Source: Lingula anatina (taxonomy: Eukaryota; Animalia; Brachiopoda). From it: a stretch of DNA of 64,000 nt. The translations under genes and the position numbers were made by a program. Below are positions 1 to 25,105 of this stretch, one piece after another (positions within the stretch are counted from its first letter, which is position 1; each line of letters starts with the position of its first letter). The notes under the pieces were generated by a model, which did no database searches, was not told the DNA's origin, and saw nothing but the letters and a program-made list of their open reading frames with translations. The stretch lies in the NCBI GenBank assembly GCA_051362555.1, contig CM120648.1, positions 1,837,721 through 1,901,720 on the forward strand, given 5' to 3'.

Positions 1-155
1 AACTTCTATATTATGCATTGTGCCATCATTAAGAGGATTATCACCTGGAACTAATTTTTCATTGTTCACATTGTATCACATTTTCCTGTTTTCTTAGAAA
101 CTTCTCTATTTTGCATTGTGCCATCATTATGAATATTATCACCTTTAACTAATGT
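1..155. repeat. Degenerate ~98-bp tandem repeat, about 1.5 copies visible, truncated by the window edge
   Basis: AACTTCTxTATTxTGCATTGTGCCATCATTAxGAxxATTATCACCT occurs at 1 and again at ~99. Confidence 0.6.
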
Positions 156-407
156 CTTATTTGTTAATTGAACACACTGGCAACTTTTGAAAACAGAGGC
201 ATAATTAAGATGAGTGAAAAATGACTTTTTCATGCTCCTCGTCATGTCGGAGATAAAGATCTTATCACATCAGTAATTTATAACCCATACAACCCATTGA
301 GGCTAAATTGTGTAACCCTGCATTCCAATCTCAATCATTTTTATTTTTAAACCTACTAAATGTTTAAGTTTGTCAATTTAATGAACACGGTTCCTGTCAT
401 GTTTCAG

Positions 408-1056
408 CTGCGGTTGCTGACCAGAGTCACTGTCCCCTGTGTCATGAAAATATCCCCCAGGGAGAGGAGGGCTGGAAGAACCATCTCATGGGAAAAGACG
501 GCTGCAAGCACAACCCCAGGAGGCTGCAGGCTTTGAATAAGGCAGGGAAACAAGCAGGTAAATACTACGGCTTTGAGATGATTGTTTTTTTTTTTTTTGT
601 TTTTGTTTTTGTTTTTTTTTTTTTTTTTTTTTTTGTGGCTTTGGGACTGATGAGCATGAGTTGGCAAAGAGAAATATTTTTGTTAAAAATTCCATGGAAG
701 AAATAATGGTTCTTGCTCCTTTCTTGATGTCTTTGATCTGCCTGTCGACATCAAATATCTCATGTTCTTGCCCTGATAGAAGGTGTATTGTAATTTCTCA
801 CAAGATCTGAACACTACATAGTCTCAAAGGTTTCCTATCTGAAACTTTCCCACCAAAATGAAACTTTCTTCAAAAAAAAAGTTATTTTTTCCCACTCGTC
901 TGTTATCCTAACACAAGATTCAATTAAAAACCTTCTTTTTCATTCTTTGAACATTTTTTTTATTATTATTTTGTTTCAGGGGGAGTAAATAAAGGAAAGT
1001 CCAAACTTCCAATGAGGGGGCGAGGAAGAGGGCGTGGTGGAATACCCAAACGATAA
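408..1056 (+). CDS. CEP104: Centrosomal/ciliary-tip protein CEP104, last two coding exons (408-557, 980-1056); 5' part lies outside the window
   Basis: Exon after tttcAG at 408 reads AVADQSHCPLCHENIPQGEEGWKNHLMGKDGCKHNPRR, matching the CEP104 C-terminal zinc finger as I recall it (CPLCHENFxPGEEAWKAHLMGxxGC). Donor CAG|GTAAAT at 557 (phase 1). Acceptor tttcAG at 979 continues in frame GGVNKGKSKLPMRGRGRGRGGIPKR to TAA at 1054-1056. Confidence 0.88.
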
Positions 1057-3370
1057 CTCATATCTTTGACACCAGTGGGGTTTCACCATATTAACTTCTT
1101 GTTAAATGTAAAAAAGGAGTTGTGTATATTGTGTCTACCAGGAGGATTCCCTAAGGAGTCACATTCAGGGTTGCCAGTATTATGGCATTTGAAATATCTG
1201 TCTCTATGTATATGTTGTAAATCATACCAGAAAAAATTGAAATATTTATTGCTAGTTATGCATTAGTATACGTATACTGGTGAAAATGATTATTTGTTTT
1301 TCAGAAAATAATTATAAACTTTAAATCAAAGGCCATCAATATTGAATATTAAGATTTGTGAATGAACTGGCAGTCCAAAATGTTATATATAAATATTGCG
1401 TGTACATGCATACACAAACACACACACGCATGCACACACAAACTTTTTTAGAGAAAAATCTCATTATATTATATCATATATTATATCAGGGATGGGATGT
1501 TTTTCCTTCTTGTGGAGGATTTTATCCCTTTTAGATGGAACTTGAAGTTTAAAGGTAGATTGGGTTTTTTGTTAGTGCTATAGAAAACGGTGGGGTGGGG
1601 AGGGGAGGGTGGTTGTTTTGGCAGCAGAATTTAGGATACCCTGCTCTATTTACTGAAGTATCTAAATCCATAAGCTAATAGGCAGAGAGTTACTGGTAAA
1701 TATTATCATTACAATTATGTCTTGATATATCTACTGAAGGTATAATCCACATTTGATTAATACTTTCAGATTTTAACTTTCAAAAAAATGTTTTGAGAAG
1801 AAATATAACCATTTCATTTGGTTACAATTTACAAAAATTATCATATTTAAAAGCAGCTACATGTAACTCCAAATGCCATAGAGTTCTTTTGTATGTCTCC
1901 AAGTGTCATTTTTTGTTTTTGTCACTCTGTTTTGTTATATTCTGCCATTTCAGTGGCAGATATGCTGCAAATAATGTTTTAAGTTCTTTGAGTGTTCCTG
2001 TGAGTAAGATGCTGGCATCACTTTTCCAAAGTGGTCATTGGTTGTTGAACAAGTACAGGTGGTGGTGTCCATGTCTTTTCATAAATGCAGTAACTATTTT
2101 TTTTTTTTTTTTTTTTTTTCTCTACTTGTTTGTGATTTTTTATTTCCTTCTCCTCAAAATGTGACCTTATTTTTTAAAGCATTTGTTGAGCAGCATATTT
2201 ATGTTGCCCTCCGAAACAACTGCTTGAAAATATAAATGATACCCTTAATTTGATTTTTCCTCTTGTAAGTTGTACAAAACACCACTGTAACTCTTTTTAT
2301 ACAAACTCACTTTTTATCTATAATTTTGCTGAGGCTACTGAATTGAAGGAAAATTATTTTAATTCCAAAATTTGTGATAATTTATTTGCCATTCAGTGAT
2401 TGTGATGTTACTTCTTTTCTTTCCAAAAGTTTAAAAATGTCTCCAGTGTCTATAGGTGCTAATTGTAGGGGGGATAAATTCAAGTTTATTTTTGCTAGAA
2501 CTGTGATTTTGATATTTTGATTGCGTTAGATGTGATAGCAAGATTGTGTTGGTTGGAGGAAACTTGCTCTCACAATTTTGTATATAATCAGAATGTGTAA
2601 GATGTGATGTGATTTCTTATTTACATTTTACGAAACGTGAAAGCAAAGAATGTGTCGGGTGAGACACGCGATTTTTGTTTGAGGGGCTATCTTGCATATC
2701 TGGTGTAGCACCATCTAGCGTTGAATTCCAGTAAAAGCGTTATACAGACTATTTGATATGGTGTTGTTTTATTATTGTTACTTTTTAGGTGTGCAAGAGA
2801 GACCTACTGCAGTACTGCAGAGTTTAAATGAACTCTTTCAAATTTAATCTTTCCAAATATTACCAATGGAGGTAATGTTTCGTAATGTCTTCTCTAACGC
2901 AACTGTCGAGGGGGGCTGAACTTCCAAGATCGTTCAGAGGAGAGTAATTGGGACAATTCAAAAAAAATTGTTAGTGGAAAGACCTTAGGTTAAGGCACAC
3001 GAGACATCTATCAACAAAAATTACGAGAAGCATGTCGTGTCTCTCCCCACCCCAAAATTTGAAAAAAAAAAAAAATATATATATATATACATATTTTTTT
3101 TTTCTAATGAAAATCTCATTTAATTATAACTTTAACGTTAATTTTTACTTAAACATCCTATTTCCGATTGTCACCTACAAACGTGCAAAGAACGCCACCT
3201 TCCCTAGTTTTGAAGAATATTTTTCTTTAAATTTGGGCATTTTTTAAAGGGTAAAAGTGTCGAAAAGTGTATAAAAGGTAATAATAGAATTAAGACAGGA
3301 TCAGGATTCCCTTCATGACCACTACGTTTTTGAGGATTTTTCTTTTCACCTATTCTATCATACACATGGG

Positions 3371-3673
3371 AGGGTCTTGTTTGGTATTTTCCTTAACCGT
3401 GAAACCCACATTTATTTCACGAGATGCGTGAAAGGTTCATTTCATTTAGTGCAATCCGTAAAGCACCCCATTCGGTGACACGTGAATGCGGCTTTTTAGT
3501 CTCCGCCCTTCGAGAAACGAAGTCATTATACCCGGTGATTTGTGATTTTCAGGGTTTTCGACGCGCATTATCAGTGAGATATGAATAAAGTATTTTTTAC
3601 TGTGATTTGTGAATTGATGATTTTATTTCCTGGGTACGTTGATCACCCCCTCCCCTCCCCCAATGGGACCCTC
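3371..3673. mobile_element. Probable short MITE-like repeat; a related 3' fragment lies at ~4480-4540
   Basis: Ends GAGGGTC...GACCCTC. The C-run plus CAATGGGACCCTC terminus recurs at ~4527-4538, preceded by a similar TTTTATTTCC tract. Confidence 0.4.
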
Positions 3674-4107
3674 TAACATATCTGCTGAAAACTTCGAAAC
3701 ATTTGCACTTCAATATGCAGGGTAAATAAAGATCCCCATACTGAATATTTGATGGAATATTGGCGATATGTTGTGCAACGTAAGTACAATGATATTAAGC
3801 AAATTGATACAGTAGTTAAGGTAACGATATCCTTTATTAACATAACATGTAAATTAAACATAGTATTTAAATGGGTACATTACAACAGGATATTGATTAA
3901 AAAACAGACAATATGCAATCAATAATGCTGTACAACCAAGCACAATAAATTCATCTAAGAACAGTTTGTCCGAATGGCAAAAAAAAGTTCAGATGTATCA
4001 ATTAATATATCACAAGATCCCTTCATCGGAGAATGTCTCCTCTAGTTTTTGGGAAAAAAATATGTATATATACACACACTTTGCGTAAATGTCCATTACG
4101 TAATACC

Positions 4108-4148
<41 letters not shown>
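4108..4148. repeat. (TC)n microsatellite
   Basis: Seen directly. Confidence 0.9.
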
Positions 4149-4151
<3 letters not shown>

Positions 4152-4700
4152 CCTCCATGGCTTTTGCGTTTTTCCTTCCTACAATATGTATATTTTTTGT
4201 ACTGCGTCCATTTGTGACCAACTACGGTTACACACACACACACACAAATATGTACGACAAACGACCGCAGTGCTGACCAGGGTACTAGTAATATAAAATA
4301 TTTCGATCGGATGCATGAAATCATTAGCAGCAGTACTGTGGACTTTATCCCAGTTTGACAGATGTCAATATGACAGCGAGTCCGTATCCCATTCATTTGT
4401 ACAGGTGAGCCTCGCCCTAGATTTTGACCCACTTACGTCAGACTAACCCTAACCATCATTATAATTATATGGAGGACGGACTTTTTTTATTTCCCGTGAA
4501 CTGTGACCACTCCCCCCCCCCCCCCCAATGGGACCCTCATGGTCGGTACTGACGCTAAATGTACCGTGTACGCCATCTCTTTATCAAATGGGCGGCCCTT
4601 CGAACTGTCGTAAAGTACATTGTACCAACTAGGCTGTGTAAAGAAATGACTTATTAAATATTATCATCTACCTGGCCGTTGTCTGGACCGTGAGAAAAGA

Positions 4701-4755
<55 letters not shown>
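4701..4755. repeat. (TA)n microsatellite
   Basis: Seen directly. Confidence 0.9.
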
Positions 4756-4759
<4 letters not shown>

Positions 4760-5030
4760 CAACCCCACCCCTTGAAACACCACCGCCTCAGCCTTCCTCC
4801 AGTCTTTGGTCAAAGGCAACGATAAAAGTCACGATGTGCTTTGAACATACCAAAATTTTACGCATTAACCATTTAGAAAACAATCGGGTGCACTATCTTT
4901 TAACCTTTTTAACAACATCACGGTGGCGCTAAATTAAAAGGCCACGCAGTCTTCTTCAGCGTGACTCCGCAACTAAATTAAAACCAGGTCCTTCTTCTGT
5001 TTTGGGCCCTGGAGACATTGGCCCAGCTGT

Positions 5031-15930
<10,900 letters not shown>

Positions 15931-16763
15931 CTTGTCACAGTCACGGGGACGCTCGACTCACCACCAAACTATGCAGCTATATTGAGTTAATGCAGCGGTA
16001 GACGCTTATTAATGTGCAACAACCTGACGTGAAATTTCGGATTTTGAAGATACTTTTCCAACAAAGGCACCTTGATATAGAGTTTTCTGTTTTGTTAGTT
16101 ATTCAACATTTGTGGATTTCTGAAGGTTACACAGCCCAATTAAAAAAGTTCTTTGGCGCACCGCCGATGGCCAACCCGACGAAGACTCCTGCGCTGTCGT
16201 TTCTACCGCATATCAACCCTCAACTCTTGTTTTTTCGGGCAGCGATATCATATATTCAACGCTAAGGCCTTCCTGATAATTCTTATTCGACCTGTGCTAT
16301 GACATCACAATATAGTATGATGGGGAGTTATCAGTAATTTTGCTGTAACTAGGGAGTCTTATTACTTCATATCACATGACAGATGACATGTCTTCACAGG
16401 GGTTTGATGTCAAATCCTGCAGGATTAACAGCGTCAATGTCTTATATCCTGTATTGCTTAATGAGCAAGTCTTAACTGTTGGTGTTCTTTTCAGTCTTCA
16501 CGAAAATGTGGAATACTTCTGAACTGAATTTCAGTTACTGCTGGTGCCCAATACCCCACCATGAGCGCTTTTATTCTTATTTTTGATATTCCTCTGATTG
16601 CTGCTAGATTTCAATGATGTCACACTCTTTTTATATTATTGTGACTTGGTTTTCCGCTTTTAAGTTTCTTTTCAGCCCTGTAGAAGAGGTTCCATAATCA
16701 TAAAAGGTGCCCCGATATGAGTGTAGGTGTCCACTGCGCCCTGGTAGTCCTTATTATGCTTCT

Positions 16764-16830
16764 AAAATCACTGAAGTCAAAAATACTGAAGTCAAAATCA
16801 CTGAAGACAAAATCCTTGAAGTCAAAATCC
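16764..16830. repeat. 15-bp minisatellite (AAAATCACTGAAGTC), about 4.5 copies
   Basis: Seen directly; it produces the spurious ITEVK repeats in ORF 16707-16970. Confidence 0.75.
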
Positions 16831-18295
16831 GTTTATTCTGTTCGCTGGCAAATTCTCCTCGTCACCGTGATTTGAACTCGGTATTATATCCGTGTTTTCT
16901 AACAGATTGTTTTCCACAAAAAAGAGCAGTCTTTGCGTTATTTGGTCTGGTTGACTCTTATAGTCAATAAGCATGTTTACAACCATCTATCGCTGAGGCA
17001 CGCAGCGTTTACAGCATTCACATTATATAACAAAGATTTTCGGGATATCGTAGCCCTTAGATTTAATCAGTTGTCTAAATTATCGTTAGTTTCAAACTGT
17101 TTGTGCGATGAAAATTCCCAGAATGTGCTTTCGGATAAACGAAAATAAACGACAGTGCGAGTCACATTGCAAGAGAACAATGCGACTAAGGTTTTTCAGC
17201 GAGCCTTTCCATATGTCAATATATCAACCTATCGTGATGTACCATATCGAATATCTGTGGGCAAACTTCTTTGTTCCCTCTGATATGAGCTACAGTGTAC
17301 AGGGATCACTTTCACTCTGCATGATTCTATCTCTGCTTCGTGACATGGAATAATTATCCTATTTGACTAAAAAAATGACATGGATTTTTTTTGCGTTTTA
17401 TTAGTATGTCGACTCGTAAGAAGTGTCTCTTCATGCAAGTGTCTCAGATACCAATACATGCACATGTACCAGTGAAAGAGTTTTTAACACTATACTTGTA
17501 TACGACACAGATAAACGGGAATTAGACGCTGTCTTGATGAGTGTGAGGACAAGGCCCATCACTTATCGAATTGTCTTCATAATGTGGCACTCTGCGTCAG
17601 TCACTCGCAATTTCCGTCGAAGTTACACCAGGGCTCCGCGAATTGCGACCGAGCGCAAGCATCTCTGCTCTATAACTCCGGATTTACTCGCCCCATGTAA
17701 TAGCCTCGAAATAAAAGATGTTATTGCTCTTCGCAATTCGCGATGCTTTCAAGTTACGGAGCTCAGATTGCTCTGACTTAACTCTATCACAGGCAAAAAT
17801 AAATAAATAAATAAATAAATAAATTAATTAATAAATAAAAAATAATAATAATAAATTTAAAAAATAAAAAATAAGCTTTTGTCAGTACATACTGTATGAT
17901 AAAGAGTTTTTCATGTTCCTTGTTGTTACTAGCAGGAGGCTCATTGGTTTTTGCGACTTTTGCAACGGTTGCATCGTAGAACCAGTACAAAGATATAGGA
18001 AATTTATTCAATATATTAATATTGTCACCTTCCATAGTTATGGTTATAGGCGTTAATTATACCCATGGGAAATCTCATATATGACATCGATATACAGACT
18101 TGACATTTGATATGGAATATTTTAGTTTCAAAGATGTGGCTAAGTTAAATGTACATGTACTATTTATTTCTAAAACGTGTATTTCATGTGAGTTATGAGA
18201 ATAGACAAATGTGCAGTCAGGTGTGTCAGTATCAATAATTAATTAATTAATGAATTGACTACCTCGTCTAAAGCACTGCTGCGTTACGTAATATG

Positions 18296-18740
18296 CGGTG
18301 ATATCTTTGGGTAGTACTCTTTTGGCTGGTCCAAGTAAGACTACGGCAGAGCATGGTTCAGTCAAAAACAGTCTCAATATTTTCGGCAACGCCTGCACAG
18401 AAGATTTTGGCATTTTGCATACAAGTAGCGGGTGTTAACGTGAGTAAACTGAATGAAGCATGAAGTGTTACAGCATCGTTGCTATATGCGCCAGAATGAC
18501 ACAAAACAAATCGACATTGCCAGACAGATTATTGTGTTGCAAGGAACGCTCAGCGCAGGCGTACAGAAGTATGCCAGGACTGGTGGACCTACAACAGATC
18601 AGGCCCAAGACGTCCAGAACTTACCGCCTTTGGCACCAACGCAAACTTTTTGAAGAGCTTACTTTCCAGGAAACAAAAGAATGCTGGAGAACAAGCTCTT
18701 CAGATAACAACAGAAGTCAACATCTAGTCATCTAGCAGCA
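18296..18740 (+). mobile_element. Degenerate Tc1/mariner 5' fragment (terminus and transposase HTH)
   Basis: Aligns by eye with the reverse complement of ~27335-27594 (TTGGGTAGTxCTCTTTTGG...GACATTGCCAGACAGATxATTGTG). Translation QIDIARQIIVLQGTLSAGVQKYARTG resembles a Tc1/Tc3 N-terminal HTH. Confidence 0.65.
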
Positions 18741-20263
18741 ATAGGCCTATTGGTCCTGTACCGTGAAACTGAATTTTAAGATAAAGCACAATTGGAATTT
18801 ATTTTTCTTATGCTGACCACAAACTAACTTCAGGTCAATTTTAAGGCTACATATGTCTTTCTACGGATCCTTTTTGTGCAATATAGATACACAAAAAATA
18901 ATTAAAAAATTTTTTTTAAACGCACCTTACTTCAAAGGTCATTTTTGCAAATTAAATTAAAACTATCGTGTATTCACTGGGAATTAATATACGTGTATTC
19001 AAAGAGGGTCTGAGACGTCTGGTTTTTCCCTTTAAACGCTTAAAAAATGCATAAATAAGCATTGTCATGTTAGAAAATGTTGCTGTCACATCTAAAATAC
19101 ATAAGGGCGAATTTGTTTATTCGAGCTGTTGGCGTAACACCAGCGTTTTTTGGAATGAAAACTACAACATAGATTTCAAACGGATCTTCCTGCTCTGAAC
19201 GGCAATCAACACCGTATTGACGCATATAATCCACAACAATAAACACTATAGTCATTGCCAGGAAAGTATCATGCCAGGCTTATTTCTCTTTTTCTCAATT
19301 ACGAGGCGAACTAAAGCCGTTTGTTAATTGGTATGTCGAAAATAGGGGCTTCTTTCTCCTAAGCAACGAAACAAACAAACAAACAAAATCCCAATGATAC
19401 TTAATTGTAGGTGGCACCGTAGTCGTCAACCCCATGCCTAATTTTAAAGATAATATTGAGCTTAGTTCCAGAGTAACGGCAGAAGCAATTGCTGCCGCGA
19501 CCCTATTAAAAGAGCAGCTAAATCGTCGATAAATGCTCGGCCAGCCTGTGTGCAACTCTTAGCTCGAGGGGGACGTGGTCACCGAACAAAAAAACAAAAA
19601 TGGGGTAAATAAATGTAAACATAGAATGTAAATATTCTCCTTGCGCAAATGTAAGATAAGTATTTTATATATAAAAAAGTGAAAGAACCATTTTTCAACT
19701 AATGGCATTTATAATGTATTAAACTCCATTCAAAGCGTACAATGCGAGTAAAACTTACCAAGTTAAATTTCCTGGGGGATTCAGTAACTTTCCTTATTTA
19801 CCAAGGTGTATCGACCCATGACTGTTGATAAAATACCACATTCTATAAATACTAGAGTTCTTAATTGCTACATGTATTTTACTTTGCAGTGAAATTCCTC
19901 AGTCTCTGTCTTCATTTTAAAAGCGACTGAAACTTTTTTAAAAAATTCGTCAATGGAAGATTGCATGTGCAGGAAAACGTTAAAGATATTCCATATAGAA
20001 GCGTTGGTCCGCTCCTCTCTCACAGTAATCAGAAGTGTCTTACTTTTCCCTCAGTAAACGTACGGATGAGTACATAAGACGGTAAAAATAACCTGCTTGT
20101 TTTATACTGTAGACAATAAACATCTGCCCTACGTTCTCTTCTCAACCTACTGCTCTGGTTACTTTTCAACTCATTGTCTAGATAAAGATCATCCCATATG
20201 TATTTGTTATAGATCTAATGCGAATATTCGGTTTATTCACCCAAGCGTAGAATCTGAGACTAA

Positions 20264-20488
20264 GGGTGTATTCCCAGAGCTTTAGATCGATCCAGGGATT
20301 AAGATTTAGATCGACCTAACTCCTTGGGGGTTCAAGCTAAATTGCAGTCAGCCGAGCGCGCACCATAGTTAATTACCCCCTTACAGCTTTCAGTAGGCTG
20401 GACAGACGCTTAAGCCGGCTAAGCTGACGGTAATCTAGTGAGACTCCCCACAGGGAAAGATCGATCTAAAATCTCTGGAAATGGGGTC
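20264..20488 (+). mobile_element. PIF/Harbinger (Tourist-like) MITE family A, copy 1
   Basis: Imperfect TIRs (ATTCCCAGAG..TTAGATCGATC / GATCGATCTAAAATCTCTGGAAAT), TAA on both flanks, and internal sequence shared with four other copies in the window. Confidence 0.8.
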
Positions 20489-22214
20489 TAAGAGCAAGGT
20501 GCATGTATGCGGAAGTCTCGGTTAGTCACGATGAATAAAGCATTTCCTTTGCCGTCAGCAGTTCACCTTAACAGTACACGGCTGCAATAGATTTCAAAAG
20601 ATGGCGTGCCAACAGCTCGAACGCATGTTTACCTCTCTAAAATAACCTCTGCAAATGATCTTTTCTTATGATGATTTTATTTATAGCACCTCTTACATAT
20701 AATTTTTGTGTTAAGTTCATGATATTTTTAACATCATCCTGTATACCCACATTTCAAAAGTTTAAAAGGCACGATATTTGAATCTGAACGCGTTCTAAAT
20801 AACATACGTCAAACACAACGCTGTTTCCTGAGCGTCGAATTCCGGTTCCAAATCCGCCATTCACTCCACCAAGATTCCCAGGTGGTCGACGGAAACTAAA
20901 CAAAGTGTTTGACGTTTGTTAATGAGCCTCTAGAAAAAAGGATAATGTACGGTATTTTATTATCCTATCTAAAGGCCACGGGAAACCTCTTTCATAGCAT
21001 ATACATGTATTTTATATTGGCGCTGACAGAAAGAGCAAGGTATACATGCATATGTCCACAGTACTGGGTAAAAACGATGGGACATGGGCATCAAAATTTC
21101 AACATGGCGCCAATCTTGTGAGCACGCTTAGAATATACATTTATTTTGCTTTCATAATTTTTGGAACATTAAACACATATAGATATTATCAGAGAAGAAT
21201 CGATTCCCTACACAGTTGGGAAACCATGCACGCTGTGATCCTGAAGCAGGGTTAAAACAGCGATGACAAATTCGTCTCTCGTGCGTTTTACGACTAAAAG
21301 CGGGGCCCGGTATGGCTCATTTTATGGTTTTATGGTTTCGCAAAGGTCCCCATGATTGTTTGAATGTTTCAAATGACAAATTCTATTCCAAATGAATGGT
21401 AAAACTAGCTTTAAATTATCACTGATATCTGACATATCAATTAACTGGCGACATTCTATATGTTAATAGTAATGCAACTACAGGAGAATTAAGGCTTTGA
21501 CATTTAGAACACAGCTAAGAAGGTATCAGTTATCCGCGAATGTTTGTCTTCGTAGTCAGGAATATCTGATATTATATAACCGATACAACATAGGTCAACC
21601 ACGCCCTTCATACAACGAAAAGTGCGAAAAGAAACCCAAGTACATACACATGCCGCCATGCTCGTGTACCGACGGCGTATGTCTTCTAGTGCGGCGAATG
21701 TCGAAGACAAGAGACCCAGGCGAACTGGAGTGACTTTCACTCTTGAGATAAAGACCTATTTATTCAAATTTAATTTTTAAATACAAAATATCGGATTACA
21801 TCACGTAATTGTGTTAAAAATCCATGTTGATGAGGACAATGGCACTGTTATATGAAGGCTCCCAGATACTGGAAATATAGATTTGTGCGTGTGTTTGCAG
21901 AAAGGGAGAGAAGGTAAATCCAAAGCTCAGAGATCAGGTTCTCCAGTGTGTCCCCGTCTAGCCTGTATCGATATGGTTATCATAAGGTTATCTGAGGTTT
22001 AAATAATGATCACGCAGTCAATTTAAAAAATCATTTGATGTAGCCAAATATCCGTAAGTTGGCTATCATCGATCCCTGAATTGGTTTTTTGTTTTGGTCT
22101 CTGGTTTTCATTGCAATGCAGTCATTTGCGTTACCAGGTTATAAACAGATTTCACACGCAACCACGGGATTTCGTGTTGAGTCTTAGAATACTGGCAGCG
22201 TTGCCTCTAAGCAG

Positions 22215-22605
22215 TATTCGCTTTCCATCACCCTGATTTTAAGATACTGATTGTGACAATTGTGACTCTCTTCTTCCCAGTATATGCTCTCCAACATCCC
22301 CAGTTTCATAGCACTGAGTGACAGTGGCTTTCTTCCACTCGGTATGCGTTCTCTATCACCCTGAGTTTGAAAGTACTGACAGTGACTCTTCTCTACCCAG
22401 TATAGGTTCTCTATCACCCTGAGTTTGAGAGTACTGACAGTGACTCCTCACTACCTAGTATATGGACTCTATCACCCAGAGTTTCTGGGTACTGACAGTG
22501 ACTCTTCTCTTTCTAGTATATGGTCTCTATCACCCTGAGTTTGAGAGTACTGACAGTTTCTCTCCTCTGCTCAGTATATGTTCTCCATCTCCCGAAGTTT
22601 ACAAG
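22215..22605. repeat. 58-bp minisatellite, 6-7 copies degenerating outward
   Basis: CTCTATCACCCTGAGTTTGAGAGTACTGACAGTGACTC recurs at ~22351, 22409, 22467 and 22525. Confidence 0.85.
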
Positions 22606-23116
22606 TAATGAAAGTAAGCAATTAGTATTAGAAAATAAGTGCAATGCAATCAAGTCGACTTTTAACACATCCGGCAAAAATCCTAATGATAGGCCGTGTA
22701 AATTAGGTGTTTATAAGCCAAGACAGGTATGGCTTAGTGGATATATCAAACCGACGACTTTCAATCCCACTGCCTCATTTACCGAATTGATCGCATACAA
22801 TTAAAAGGACGTTTTTAGAAACAGTTAATCTTTCTCTAGGAAAACGTGTTTTTAACCACCTGCGGAGATTTCCTGTAAGCTGGACAGCTAATCAGGACAA
22901 TCCATTGGTTTAACCTAAAAACTTCCATAGAAGTTTGCCTGCATGAAAGCTGATCCTTCACAACTTCTAAACTATAGAAATCATGCCTAACGAAATGAAA
23001 AAAAACCCTGATCCTTGTATAAGGCTTGTTGCACGAAAGAATGAATGAAATGCAATTTTAAAATGTGATCTAAGCAAAGATTGCTAGGAATTTTAGTCGG
23101 CTTAATTGTGTTTCTC

Positions 23117-23147
<31 letters not shown>

Positions 23148-23768
23148 GGCCCTTCAACTATGCCTTTGAAGCAAATTTTGATCATCGTGGCAAAAAACTT
23201 TACTCTTGACACCGTCTAATTTTAAAGGGAAATATAATAAAAAGTTATTGAAAAATCTACGACCACAGAGCTTTTTCAGTAGTCACAGGTGCTTCGCCAA
23301 CACTACGACAGGTACTGACAATTTAATAAAACATCTAACCATTTTTCTTCCAACATTAATTGATTTTGAACAAGCATTCATTTTTAAATCTTTATAACAC
23401 TACTAACAAAGAATATATATTATTGAAGATAATTGGAGTTTTCAAAATGTTAACAAAGTTTTCATATTTAGTGTTGTTACGAATACTGTCTTTTGAACAC
23501 TAGTGTAATTACTTATTTATTAGGTTTACATGGTACAGTGCCGCCAGAAAGTAAGCTTACCAAAAGACCATATGGTTCCCTTACCCTACGCCGTAGGTTC
23601 GGACAATAGAATAAACAACTATTGGAATCCATTCCAGCTTCGGCAAGTAATTCTTATCAGACACCCAAATTAGTCGGTGCAACGAACACACACTGTACCT
23701 TTTTTAAATAACGTATAGTAACTTTTCTTTTACTTTTGTAAAAGAAGAGTGTGCTATCGACATGAGCA

Positions 23769-23856
23769 AAAATAATAGGTTATGTACCAAATAATAATGG
23801 GTTATGTACCAAATAATAATAGGTTATGTACCATATAATAATGGGTTATGTACCAA
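23769..23856. repeat. 22-bp minisatellite (AATAATAATrGGTTATGTACCA) x4
   Basis: Seen directly. Confidence 0.85.
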
Positions 23857-24654
23857 ACTGCAACAGAAGGCTAGAGTAAATTATTGGCATATTAAATAAG
23901 AGACAAAATTTCTGAAAACAAAACTTGTCTTAGTTTTAAAAAATGGAGACTGTATCTATTTAAGCCATTCCTTCTTAAATGCTCACAGACCAATAACGAA
24001 TTATCGAATTTACCTAGATGACTACTAGAACAATCTATTTTAAAACAGATTCAAACAAAAATGACCTGATGTTAGGATGATTAAAAAATCATCGCCAGAA
24101 ACCTCCTTTAATTAGCGTGCTTCTCCATTATACATTTTAACTTGGATCCGAATTTTACCTAAATTTGTGAAACTTTGGATTCATCCAGCAAGTTATAATA
24201 ATTATATATAATAATTATCAAAATTGGAACTATATTTAGTACTTATATTAGAAATTGAAACTATATTTAGTACTTATATAAACCCAAGCACCGCTTAACA
24301 ATGTACAGTCAACAACACTAAATCATTTTCAAATTACTGTTTTTCTTTTTATCAAGAGCTTGTAAAATATGTGGGTATTACCTCCAATATTTCTGTTAAT
24401 GAAAGAAGAATGAATAATGAAACTAATGAAACTGTTCTCTCAACACTAAATCATGTTTAGGAAATAGCCTTAGAAATTGCTTCGTCCCATATGTTGAAAT
24501 GACACAGCATATAACTAATCGATTCAGGCAATCCCATTACTTGATACTATAATTGATTAAGTCACGAAGAAAACAAAACAAAACAAACAAAAAATAAATA
24601 AATAAATAAAAGGAAGACTAAAAATATCCAAGTCTGAAATGTTCACTTACTAGG

Positions 24655-25105
24655 GTTATTATTCAACGTTTCACAGCCCTTGTGCGTGCCTTTGCTCGGT
24701 TAAATCGAATTGAAGAAATAAATATTTAAAGCAGCTTGGTAGGACAACATTAAGCCATCGCACGTGTGCCAGGACATCATTCAATTGGATAAATAGCAAC
24801 ACGAGCAAATAATATGTACCACACTGCAGTGGATGGCTGGATTTAATTCTTGGCAGACTGAATAAGAGAGTCCTGAAAACAATTCCAATCTTAGTTTTAC
24901 AACATTATGACCCTTTTTATATAACGCCAAGTACGCTGATACACATTTGAGGTTTTTGGTTTTACCAAGGATATTAAGTATTATTATTCAGTGTTTCACA
25001 GCCCGTTGTGCGTTAGTCTTTTTTCGAAAAAATCGATCTGAAGAAATAAAAAAATTAAAGTAGGACAACATCAAGCCATCACACGCGTGACAGGACACAT
25101 TCACG
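24655..25105. repeat. Diverged ~130-bp direct repeat pair (~24655-24785 and ~24983-25105)
   Basis: Shared GTTTCACAGCCC, GAAGAAATAAA and GTAGGACAACATxAAGCCATC blocks about 330 bp apart. Confidence 0.65.

Noticed and set aside
404-695. Poly-Lys ORFs on the minus strand
   Set aside because: They translate an intronic T-run; the coding signal here is the + strand CEP104 exon.
4010-4932. ORFs with RERE, SLSL or YIYI runs (also at 6685, 15060, 51251, 52325, 57949)
   Set aside because: These are microsatellite translations.
20835-20872. GGTTCCAAATCC...CCACCA resembling a tRNA T-arm and CCA end
   Set aside because: No D-arm, anticodon stem or acceptor pairing could be built.
22520-22804. 94-aa ORF with a signal-peptide-like start
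   Set aside because: The N-terminus derives from the 58-bp minisatellite and there is no recognisable domain.
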